A stretch of 64,000 nt of DNA. It comes from Dimorphilus gyrociliatus. Its lineage: Eukaryota; Animalia; Annelida. Positions 49,020-62,525 of this stretch are shown here, piece by piece. The stretch is taken from positions 1-64,000 of the forward strand of contig CAJFCJ010000002.1 in the NCBI GenBank assembly GCA_904063045.1, written 5' to 3'. Each line of letters begins with the position of its first letter. Position 1 is the stretch's first letter. The position numbers and the translations under genes are program-made. Under the pieces are notes generated by a model. It was not told the origin of the DNA. It saw nothing but the letters and a program-made list of their open reading frames with translations, and made no database searches.

Positions 49020-50318
49020 TTACTGTGGCTCAAGAGGAAAACTAAGCCGACTAATAACATCTCTAACAGTGGCAATTAAACTCTCATTTTCTTCAGGAGC
49101 ATCCAAAATTAAAGAATGCAGTTTAGCCATAAACATGTCAACGTTATCCATTGTTAACGTTTCATTAAATCCTGGTAATACAACAGATGATAAATTAGTT
49201 GCAAGAGTCAGCTTTAAGGCATTTAAGTGTTGTTGTAAAGCGTTATTCGATGCTCTGGCTTGATCAGTTTCAGTTTTAAGACGTTCAACGTCAGATTGAA
49301 GGTTTTCGGAATGAGTTTGAAGAACTGATACTTGCTCTTCCATTTCCGTGTTAAGTCTGTTAAAAAGATAAAAATAACAAAATTAATATAATGTATACGT
49401 ACAATTATTAAAAGAAAAATATGTAATTAAACTTCTATGGCTAGAAACTTATTTAAATATTTACTAGAATAACTAATACTACTATTTTAATAAGAAAAAG
49501 GAAATTTATTTACTTTCTCAATTGTCGAACTTCCCCTTCTCGAGTTTTGTTTAAATCTAAAAATTCTTCTGTAAAAATAGGAACATCTAAAACAGCCCTG
49601 TTGTCAGGTTCTTTTGAATTTTTTGAATCCCCTTGAGAGTTATTTGATTTATCTGTTATTAAAATTAAATACATTAGGATAGGTAGTGTAATAGGATGAT
49701 TATATTAGGTATAATTAAGTATAGATATTTATTTTCAGTTATTTTTACCTGATTTCTGCATTTCCAAAAATTTTTTGTAAGCATCCGTTTTTTGATATTC
49801 TGTCCACTCTTTTTGAAAACGTTCTTTATCTTTTATAGCTTCGTCTAAATACATTTGCTTTTGATCCTTATCCAACTTGGTCCATTCGGCTCCCAATAAC
49901 TTTGTAACTTCTGTGAAACTCAAATTTGGATTTTCTTGCCTGACTTGTTCCCTGCGTTCGTTTAGAAACCGTACATAGCCATTTAAGGGTTGTTTTGGCG
50001 CGTTTGTATCCCGCATTGCCTTCCTTCTCTTTTTTCCTTTAGGCCAACCACCCTTTCGCTTGTCTGAGATCAAAGGATTGTCATCATTGTTTTGTTGAGT
50101 AGAATCAGCATTCATTTCGACGCTACTGTTTGACTGTTGAAGGGAGCTTTAAGGAGCGAAATAAAAGAACATTAACGAAAATGAGAATTTAACGGATTTT
50201 TATCAAATGTTACTTAATCTGAAGATTCAATTGCCAACAGACATATGCATCGTATAGATAGACATTTAAATAAGATATTATTATTACTCTAAAACATTAA
50301 AATGCCTTACTTGCTCAT
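49020..50318 (-). CDS. HMG20A: High mobility group protein 20A/B (iBRAF/BRAF35), 4 exons
   Basis: An 8-nt first exon (ATG 50318, phase 2 into 50146). HMG box [30 protein letters not shown], then [10 protein letters not shown], a coiled coil and [16 protein letters not shown]. Confidence 0.93.
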
Positions 50319-50343
50319 ATTTATAATTCTATATCAACAAACA

Positions 50344-50377
50344 CAATGGCGGAAATATTACTTCCGATAGATGGCGC
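50344..50377. promoter_or_regulatory. HMG20 promoter: two YY1-like (A/CA)ATGGCG sites flanking an ETS-like ACTTCCG
   Basis: CAATGGCGG at 50344, ACTTCCG at 50360 and AGATGGCG at 50370, immediately upstream of the HMG20 ATG. Confidence 0.5.
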
Positions 50378-51201
50378 TGATGATACATGTAGTAAATTTT
50401 TGTTATACCCTGGAACGTCTCCTTATTGGTGAATTACCTTTCTCTCATCAATATTCATTTAGTTACTATTAATTTACTATACATCGTAAACTTCTTATTA
50501 ATTACAACTGATAATTTACCCTTTTACTAATTTTCTATTTTGTTAAGTACTCTAATGAAGTGCCCTATTGAACTTTGACACATTTAACATGCCTATTATG
50601 CAACATATACTCTAGTTGTTGAGTTAATTTTGGTTCAAAGAACTTACTATTCTCGGATCCAACAGAAAAATCGTAAAAAAAACTCAGCCTTTATGAAATA
50701 GAAGTAATCAACAATGAAAAAGATCAATTAAGCAACTTTGTTGTAAATAAAATTGTTATGGAAAATGAAACCTTCAATAAGTCACTTACTTTTTCTCATA
50801 GAAAATCGAATTTCTCCGTCTCTCTTAAACTTTACAGTGAAGAAGCATAAACTATATCAAAATCTTATTATTAAATCTGTTATTTAGGCTTTTACCGCTG
50901 TCGACTGCTCTTAGTGTTATATCGAAAAAAATAACCAACTATCGATAATGAATGATTAATAAAATATTATATCCTGACAGATTATAAATAAGTTTTCATT
51001 GGACGTTTGAAAATATTTCATTGATCCGATATTAAGTCATATTTATGTATGATAATAGCCAAATAAACTGTTTGTTTAACAGTTTCGCATATATTTTGAA
51101 GAGTACTTGCATTTTTTTAGAATTTCTTTTAAAGATTTCATAGATTATTACTTTTCAAAGAAGTGTTTAATATAAAATAAATGTTTTATTAAATACTTAA
51201 T

Positions 51202-52149
51202 TTAATTTGATGACAATATAAATTCTCTAAAATATATAGAAAGGTAAAGGCACAATATAATCGAAACAAATATATCGTCCAACATGCCAAAGATGCCAAA
51301 GATAGCTTCAGGAAATAGATCTAATGGACTTAAAAAATAAAACACTGCAATGCAGCATATCATTACCACTCTTATTCGAAATGCCCAATTTAAGCCTTCT
51401 AAAGACACAAATGTGAAAAATAAATGTCTCAAAAGAGCAGGGGTGTCTCTTATATATTCCATTATCTAATGAGAAAAATGTTCATATCTCATAAAAAATT
51501 TAATAAATTTAACATTAATACATACAGATCGTGGTTGACCTGAAAATCTCCTATTGTAGTCTCTTATAGATGCTAACAATCGTTCTTTCTCTACTTCCGT
51601 TAAATTATTGGCTGTTCGGTGATTGCGAAACCCTAATAATATAGTCACCTAAAAGCAGTAAACTTTACAATTCGCAATTGTAGTGTATAAATAAGAATGC
51701 TTACCCTTTGTCTACAAACTGGACATAAAATACAGCTTGTTGTCCATCTTCCTAATCGCCAATAAGACACAATACAAGATGAGCAAAAAATATGACCGCA
51801 ATTGGTTTCAATAGGTATATTAAGAGGGCTTAAACATATTGGGCAATCAGAGTTTTCATTTAATCTTTCTGGATTTGCTGCAGTTTCCAAATGATTATCA
51901 CCGAGATTTTCTCGAACTCTTTGTACATCTTCTTCGTTCTCTGGGTTTATCATAAATCGCCTTCGCGAACTGTACATATTTTATAGGTATTTAATAAAAC
52001 TTATTTTAGTGTTTCAGTCATACCCACAGGTAGTATTTTTTAATTATCAAGAGAGAGGTTATTATAATTGTAGCACTTGCTATAAAAACTGTTACAAGGT
52101 CATCACCAAATCCATCAACAATGGAACTGTTACTTTCTATTCCAGTCAT
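51202..52149 (-). CDS. RNF170: ER-membrane RING E3 ligase RNF170, 4 exons
   Basis: N-terminal TM exon (ATG 52149), RING CPICLSPLNIPIETNCGHIFCSSCIVSYWR...CPVCRQ, DYNRRFSGQPRS, and C-terminal YFLSPLDLFPEAIFGIFGMLDD. Confidence 0.95.
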
Positions 52150-52502
52150 CTCTAAATTAATTTAGAAATTGCTTCAATGGCCATATCAAATTTTATTTCA
52201 ACAGAACTTATGGTTTCCTGATCCAACCCTCTACCGTGAACGATAAAACGGAGAGGAGTGTCAAGCTCATAATTATTTTCGTATTCGAAAAAAAATAATT
52301 TCTGTAATTTACTTGCATTGAGATTCTAGCCAAATTATAATATTTATATTGATAATATTTTAAAATATTACGTATTAGTTCTCCGAGATTAATCTGCAGA
52401 GTAAAGTTGCTCAGTTACAAAATCATCAAAAAATCACTACCTGTTAGCCGAAAGCTTGTAGTAGACATCTATTTCAATTTCTAAGTTTTGAAAAGCAATT
52501 AA

Positions 52503-54460
52503 ATGTATTCAAGTGGAATTAGAAACTTCATTTTCAGGAGATTTTTTGCATCAACGTCAGCTCGTCTAAACCAGACAGATTTGATACCGGTGAAACAAGG
52601 GGAATTTTCCCCCAAAAAGGTTGTTGTATTAAGGAAATTAACTCGCTATGAGTATGAGCAAACCTACTGGAATACCAAGAATGATGATAAACTAAAACCA
52701 ATCGTAAGTAGAGTTTTTTTAATTTTCCTTGATATCAATCTTATCTTTCATATTTTGAAATTAATAATAAAATGATTATGAAACAGCTTAAAGCCTTGGG
52801 ATCGAATTTTGATGGTCTAGTTCAACGTCACGATGAGTATTGTACAGCTCTCGATAAAATTCTGCAAACTTTCAAGTAATAATGAAACTTCATTGTTTTT
52901 AATTAATTTTCCATGAATTGTATTAAAATATATATTTGTATGCTTTTGATGACTTGCGCTATTACAGGATTCCTTGATGTGGCACGAAATTAGGTCACTT
53001 TTGCATTTGTTTGTATATTTAGTGATTTTACTATTAAGCCAAAATTTGTAATAAAGACCTAAAGTAACTGAACAAAGTATATATTAGCAAAACTGGCATC
53101 CTCACTCCTTTCATTTATTTTTTTCAGAGACTATCGTATAGATGCTCAAGTTGTAGATCGTTCCGAGTACGACGAAAATCTTCTTAAAGGGGTTGATGCA
53201 GTCTTTTCTGCAGGAGGAGACGGAACTTTCCTTCTAGCCGCTTCCAAGATATTTAATCAAAATATACCCTTGATTGGAATAACGACGGACCCATTAAGGT
53301 TGTATCACTATTGTGTATTATCTAAAATAACCAATCTATTGTTGTAGATCGGAAGGATATTTATGCATACCAAAGTCATTATCCAGACAATTTGACAAGG
53401 CCCTTGGCTTTCTATTGTCTTCTAAGTTTAAGTAAGTTTGACAAAATTTGATCATTTAATATATTTATGTAAATTATACTGTATAAATTTATATACTATA
53501 TATTCTGTATATATATATGGCACTTTTTATATCTTTTAGATGGATGTTTAGAAATAGAATCCGTTTGACAATGTCTGGGCGATATGGTTCAATCAGACAA
53601 CAAAATTTGCATGATCAACATCTGCAATCCCCTGAAAACCGGTTCTTGTATGTAAATTAACTGTTTAAATAGTTGGCAATCATTTCAAAATTTATGCATG
53701 CTGCAGAGAACATGTACAAGAAAATGAACTACATTCTTGGCCAAACGAAAATTTGCAGCAACTGCCCCCCACTTGCTTACCTATAAGAGCGCTAAATGAA
53801 GTCTTTATAGGAGAGACTCTATCTTCAAGGTAACAATTAACTATTCATGTTCTAAATGATAAAATAATATTATTTTAGGGTTTCTTTTTACGAAATGTCT
53901 GTGAATGATGAAACTCCTCAAAAGCAAAAGAGTTCCGGAATAACCATCTGCACTGGAACAGGGTCTAGCTCTTGGTACTTTAATATCAATCATTTAAGTC
54001 GAAACTCGGTTGAAAACTTGTTAAAAATTGGTAAGTTAGCTGGTAAGTTGTTGTCGCTTTATTAAATAAATTATCTTTGTGTTTTAGTAAAAGAAGAAAA
54101 TCCAAAGTGTTCAATAAATACGAATGATGAATTATTGATAAGGAAGATAGCAAGAAAATTCAACCAGTCACTAATATTTAGTGCTTGGGAAAATAAAATG
54201 GCTTATACTGTTAGAGATCCGGTTCTAAATGGCATCTTTCAAGTGTCAAACCCTAAAGGATTCTGTCAAAAGTATTAAAAAAATTTTTAAAGAATATTGG
54301 CCTAACGCATTCTTTTCATTTCAGAATGAGAGTTAAGTCTAGGATGTGGGATGCTTGTGTAGTAATCGACGGTGGCGTTTCATACTCTTTTAACGAGGGA
54401 GCCATTGTCGAGATGTCTATGCTAAAAGAAGACGCTCTCAAGACTGTTTCATTCCTATGA
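52503..54460 (+). CDS. NADK2: Mitochondrial NAD kinase 2, multi-exon
   Basis: Basic transit-peptide-like N-terminus, then FSPKKVVVLRKLTRYEYE, SAGGDGTFLLAASK, TDP.RSEGYLC, RALNEVFIGE, QKSSG.TICTGTGSSSW and VIDGG. Confidence 0.95.
52947..53071 (+). ncRNA. Candidate intronic box C/D snoRNA in a NADK2 intron
   Basis: Box C TGATGA at 52947-52952, box D CTGA at 53068-53071, a short flanking CTTT/AAAG stem and an internal stem TTAGGTC/GACCTAA. Box D lies 56 nt from the 3' splice site in an unusually long intron. No rRNA target was identified. Confidence 0.3.
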
Positions 54461-54617
54461 TTCTTCCAAAGATTTATACAAGTCTATTAATGCTAATGAT
54501 AAGGGATATTTAAATAAGAAATTCAACTTTACTGTTTTTATCCTGTTAGAATCGATTTGCAGAAATTAAAATTTTATTCAAGTGAACATCCCAAACCTTA
54601 GAATAAAAATTTTTACC

Positions 54618-55522
54618 CTAAAAAATTTGATGATTTACACTGTCAAATGAATCTGTTTTATGATCCGCTGGATTTGCTCTTGCTTCATAAGTTGTGATTG
54701 TCACGCCGTGTCGTTTCATCTGAAACATTGATGAAAAGTTATAGTAAACAATATATTTAATTGCATTAAACCTCTGTAAAATCTCCTCGTAAGCCTATGT
54801 AATAGATTTTGGTCGTATCAGCTCCAAAGTTTGAAGGGAAGTGTATTGAAAGAGATTCAATAGATCCGAATCGTGCTACCCTTTAAAAAGAGAAAAGTTA
54901 ATGAAAATTAGCAATATTAAAGTGAAAACTAGTAAAATATTTACTTTGTTGAATATTCCAAAATTCCAGAATGATCTGGTTGCATATCAAACTCTTCATC
55001 AGCTTGTCCTCTAACATCATCGAATGTCATTTGAGGTCGATTTTTAAACCTATAATTGCACTATTGTACTATCAGTAAAAAACATAATATAAGATCTTAC
55101 AATCTCATCTTATTTGGATGATAATCATCTTCGCCTCCAACAACTATTATTCCTTTCAGTTTGACTATACCTGCAAAGCTATAGGACAAAGAGCGTGAAA
55201 ACCGGTAGCAAAATAATATAATACTAACGGTATATTAAACAAAAGCTCTTCGTCCAAGTCACTTTCAACAAGCTATTCATAACGTAGACCATTAGAGAAG
55301 TAATTTTATTATTTAGTATAAAAATATAAAATTTACCAAGTCAGTGTTCAGCCTCTCTTCCCAGGGTTTGAAAACATTTTTACCAGACCCGGCAACTGAC
55401 TCGTTCAAACAAGTTACTCTCTCCTTATCGATTTTTAAATATAAACTAAATTGCGCACCTTTATCTGAATCAGATATATCGTGGTGAGCGTGAGAGTGAC
55501 CACAAGAATCACCGCCAGACAT
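54618..55522 (-). CDS. PITHD1: PITH domain-containing protein 1, multi-exon
   Basis: MSGGDSCGHSHAHH...FSLYLKIDKERVTCLNES..GSGKNVFKPWEER, ESDLDEELL.N.PF.G.VKLKG, and final exon RHGVTITTYEARANPADHK. Confidence 0.95.
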
Positions 55523-55797
55523 TATTGCGGATGAGTGTTTTTTACCAATAAGAAATGATACCAGTTTTTCCTAAATTTAATAACAAAGTAGTCCTACATA
55601 AAAAAGTTGCAAGCTTATCAGGATATTGTGTACTTTTGGTAAAGTGTATTGCAAATTTCATATCATTAAAAAAAAAAGTAACAGATATAACGTTTAAAAT
55701 TTCATCTAAATCGGTTAAATTAAAAAAAAACAAGAGACTCGTTAACAACGCCTAGGTTTTCCAAATTGTTGATCTCATATAACATATTATAAAGAAG

Positions 55798-57653
<1,856 letters not shown>

Positions 57654-59041
57654 GTTGTAAAATTTGTTAAAAATGGAATTTAAAACCAATGGTGTGAGTT
57701 GAATCTACCAAGAGAATGCATGCAATGGGTGAGAATACGTAGTATTCTATCGACCTTAACCTTCAAGATGGTAAATCGTATTCTGATTGGACAATATTTG
57801 TCTTTTTTAAACTATGAATATTCATTAAACGTGACCGGACGTTCAGTGACGTTTCTGAAAAAAAATTATGTATCAAAAGTAATTTATCCTAGATGAGTAA
57901 ATTAAAGATTTTTGTTTTTCCCAATCGATTAATTCGGATGAAAATTGCAAAATGGCATTGCAGACAAAATAAGCCTAAGCGGTTAAAACAAATAATTGGT
58001 AGTTCAATGACCTATCGCAGGATTTGAGAGCATGTTCGACCTTTGAAATTTGAAAATTATCCTAATTTAACATTAGCTAGGTGGTGCATGTTTATGACAT
58101 CATATTAATCACTTTACGCCTGATAAAGCATAAAAGCAGACGTTCTGATGAAAGTAGTTAGCTAATGGTCACTATTTTTAAGATGCTAGCGGTCAAGCAG
58201 ATCAAGCATATTATATTTTGATAAAACTTCAATATTTTGCAAATGTTTAATAATAAATCTAAACTCTTTTTTAAAACAGCACCCAGTTAGTAAGCATCAG
58301 TTCATTAAAAAAAGCTTGAATACATATATTATAAACATAGCTTAACATTCATTCTTTATTGAATACAATAAGTTAATGTAGCATTAAATCACTTAAGGGA
58401 TAATGAAAAGATAATATCTTAGTGACTAATAATTGACACACATGATTATTTGTTAAGCATATAGAACATTAAATAAAATACTTGCCATAAATTTATAATA
58501 ATTGCCACAAACAGCATCTTACTTTCATTTTAAGTTGTCTAGAAAACTACTTATAACAAGAGGACTACTACCAAGTGTAATTCACTAGTTTGTAAATGTT
58601 GATAAACATTATGAAAGACGTTTACTGCGAACTCGTCTATATGATTTCTTTTTGATTTTGGTTTTACTTTGAAGTTAAAAAAAATCCAGTGTTTTGCTAA
58701 ATGTAAACAATACCGTAATAAGCACTACTAATAGGATGTGCACTATTTGATATACTAACTAAATAATTACTTATTACAATACTATTAACAAATGAAATGT
58801 TGAAAATTAAAAAGTTTATTATTTAATAATCGATAATTTAAGCAGTATAATACAATATTTAAACCGATCTACGCAATATATTATAATACATACAATACAT
58901 TTAAAAAATCTGCCGACAGACGGCGGGAAGGCCTTTGAACTAGATGAGTTCATTGCACTTAAAAAACAGAAAATAAAGCCGTATTGCGCTACTTTCATCA
59001 CCAATTATAGGCAATACTGAACGGCCTATGTATTTAAATTA

Positions 59042-59520
59042 ATGGAAATCGAAACAGCCCCAATAGTATTTGTGAGCAAAAGCTCAGTGGGTAAGTTTTC
59101 TTTGGATTACTTTCTAGAGTTTCTTTATCAGTATACTATACGCCATTTAATAATCGATGTCTTTATTTATTTCTTTTATTTGTTAACTTTCAAGGTCAAC
59201 AGTCTACTAAAAATAATAATTCGGTAATAACTGAAGAAGATTTCTTAGATGAGACAAGATTTGAAAAGAGAGATATTCGAATAGCTAGTGATCCTGTTGG
59301 ATATGGATTTGTTATTCGTGGTGACGGACCATGCTATGTCAAGGTCGTTGATCCCACTGGGCCGGCTGCTTCTGCCGGTTTAAAGGAGGGACACTACATA
59401 TACGCCGTAAATTATAAACCAGTGGTAAAAATGCATCATAAAAAGTTGGCTCACGTTATTTTAGCCAGCAACGGTTATGTGAGGCTGACGGTCTATGCTA
59501 AACGAGAAGCTGATAGCTGA
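59042..59520 (+). CDS. 124-aa PDZ-only protein with a DEPTOR/PREX-type PDZ domain (absent from the ORF track)
   Basis: Exons 59042-59090 and 59195-59520, joined in phase 1. Protein reads ...DIRIASDPVGYGFVIRGDGPCYVKVVDPTGPAASAGLKEGHYIYAVN...LAHVILASNGYVRLTV. An in-frame TGA lies 21 nt upstream of the ATG. Confidence 0.85.
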
Positions 59521-59956
59521 ATATCTTTGATATCGCTAATTCTTTGACTGTTTTGTTTATTATGCAAAAAGGTGGATATTTTCTAACGATGATTGCTTTA
59601 ATATATCAGTTTTTTATTGAGTTTTTTTTTTATTTCATAAATGATTTTCAGTCTTTTATAAGATACTTGAAATTTATCTTGTTATTTAATAAATTTTAAA
59701 TATATTCACTTGTTATAACCTATTGTCTCTATAGTAATATTACACATTTCGAACAATATGTGTAACTCTAAGCTATTGTTTCGATTTTTCAATCTGGCGC
59801 GCCAAATCAACCAATGTTTGTTTATTTGTAAAACAAAACTACCAAAAACCGGTAGGCTTTGAGAGTGTTTTACTTGAAAATATTTAGAAGTCAAGGTTAA
59901 ATTAATTGCACATTTTCGCCAGAATATCTGTTGTTGCTTAAGCTGTGATCAAAAGT

Positions 59957-60584
59957 ATGTCAAGGCCCGGTCTATTTAGGCAAACTGTTAATAGCATTCT
60001 GAGAAGCTTTAAGATTGCCAATCGGAAAGAAATTTTGATTGGCTCTGATGAGTTTGGCAATAAATATTTCGAAAAACCCACCAGTGGTGATGCTCAATTT
60101 AAGAGGGTTCGAAGGGTCGAAACATTCGATAAGGATCAATGGAGCGTTCCAAAAGTTCCAACAGAATGGATGGCCTGGTTGCAAAATAAAAGAGAAAGTG
60201 CCCCATCAGATGAGGTACCTTACATAATCATCTCTTAGTTCTATACTATAATAATGAAAGTTGTTGCCTAGGAAATATTAAAAAATCAAATAGAATTAGC
60301 TAAGAGACTTAAGAGATCAGAAAATCTTCAAACAATGCGTGGAGAGGTGCATATATCTCAAAATAAAAATGTATTACATTATTAATATTAAATTTGTATT
60401 TATAGTCAATCCATCCAGATAGTCTTACAATGACAGGTAAAAACAAAAGTATTCACACGTTCAACATATGAAATTTAAGTTTCTAACACCTGTTTCAACT
60501 ATTAAAACAGAAAACCAAGGAGGTTTCCCTCATAGAGAAGAATATGAGATTAATCCTGGTTCATCAAGGACTGAAAAAACATGA
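59957..60584 (+). CDS. NDUFAF2: Complex I assembly factor NDUFAF2 (mimitin, NDUFA12 family), 4 exons
   Basis: IGSDEFGNKYFE...VPTEWMAWLQNKRESAPSDE|EILKN..., with C-terminus GFPHREEYEINPG. Confidence 0.88.
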
Positions 60585-62525
60585 AGGGATAATAAATAAT
60601 ATCTAAGCTTTAATAAACATAACTATTATATTTTTTATTATACAATATTATATTTAATAATTTGTTTTTAAGTATAATTACTCAAATTAAACTAATCTAA
60701 ATCTCTTTGGTACGGACTGCTAAACCTATTTCTGTCAATTAACGGAGATTTTCCTTAAATCTCCCCTGTCAGCGTCAATTGATAAAATCTTTAGATGATA
60801 GATCAGATTATAAGCCTGAATTAGGATATTTTATTAAAAGACGATGTCAAGAGTGATTCGGAGCTATTCTGAAGCTTAAAGAAAACAGATTTTAACTAAG
60901 AAACAGCTTAAGATTCTTTATGCATTGATAGGCAGAGATTTACTTTGTTAAATAAATGGTACTTATATTCGTTATAATAATTAACGCAAATTTATATTAA
61001 ACTTTAACCGTTTATATTTGGGAAGAGGCTGGTTAACTGCTTGGTGGTTTATCATAAAAGGACGAATATAAAGTATTAACAATAATCATTGTTTCCATTA
61101 TCAGAGTGCAAATTGGTATCATAAACTACTAAACCGGAATTTTAAATCACTTCTATTAAAGGAATTCTTACAATAAATTGCTATAATTGTCATATTCGAT
61201 TAAGGGTCATAATGAAATCTAGATATCAGTGGATTGTGGAGAAGAAGAGCAAAAAGAGGGAACGCACTTTCTCTATTCTGGCGATTAATAATTATCTATT
61301 GTGATATATTAAATGCTTGTTGATTGTTAATGGTAGTAATAACTAATTTTTAAAATTATTTTTTATATGAAATATTAAAATAGATAAGGTGGAATTGACT
61401 TCCAAACACGCTTATTCTGTCCTTTTTTCACCTATTACATTGTACTCTCTTCTTTAAACATAGGTTAAAATAATATGTAACACATTTTAATGTGATTTCT
61501 ACTACGTGGGTACTGTCTTACTTTTTTTTCAATAGTATTAAAACTACAATACAAACTACTACAAGTGTTTTCAATATTTATTATTTAAAGAGTTTGAGAA
61601 CTACCTAAACTGTATCATGTTATTTTTAAATTGTAATTGAATATAAGTAGTTTTATACGATTGGTTTTTGAATAAGTGCAATTGGTCTTATTATAACTGA
61701 TGTTGTGTGATAGTTTATCTTAAATCTGTCTTAATTGATTGCAAGTGTTTGTCAAAATAAATTTCAAGAATAAAATATTAATTAACAGGATTTCCGTCAC
61801 TTTTCATTATTTAATTCAATTAAAGGAACATTGAAAACTTAATTATTTCCACAATTAAAGTAAAAAGAAATATGGTTCAATTTGTTTAGCTAAATTAAAT
61901 ACAATAAATAAGTGAATTGTCGTTTTTCATTAATAATTTACAAACAATCATTTACTTTATTTTTCATTAAAGATAAGCAAAGTGTTATTAATTAGCTAAG
62001 AAATTTATCTTGTTCTATGTTGTTCATTAGCATAAATTTTATAACAAAAAAATGTCAAAAATTGATATTCGTTGTTCACATATGGCTATGTTGGCAAAAA
62101 CGAGATAAGCGTATCCCACAGAGTTCCAATATTACAAACAGTTAAAAGAATAAAACAAATACTGTTTGTAAAATGGTCTGTGTTATCTTTGATGTAAGCA
62201 GATTAGCAGTCCCTCGCTGATTTTAGATTGACTATATCATTGAAATTATGATGCTTGAACATATCCTCTTTGCTTAAATTTCACTTAAACATGTACCTAT
62301 CTTTGGTTTAAAATGAATGTTTATGAAGATTTTCTCAAGTTTCGCTTATCTTCACTTTCTTGTATTAAGAGATGGTTTTAATCGGATAGTGTTAGTGTAG
62401 AGTCTAGGCATTTAATTTAGACCTTTGGTACAAGAACAATGGTCAGGTTGGCTTACTTAAAGAAATAATTCGGGACGTATTGCATCTCTGAGACACAGTT
62501 TACGATATATTCTCTAGGAGAAAGA

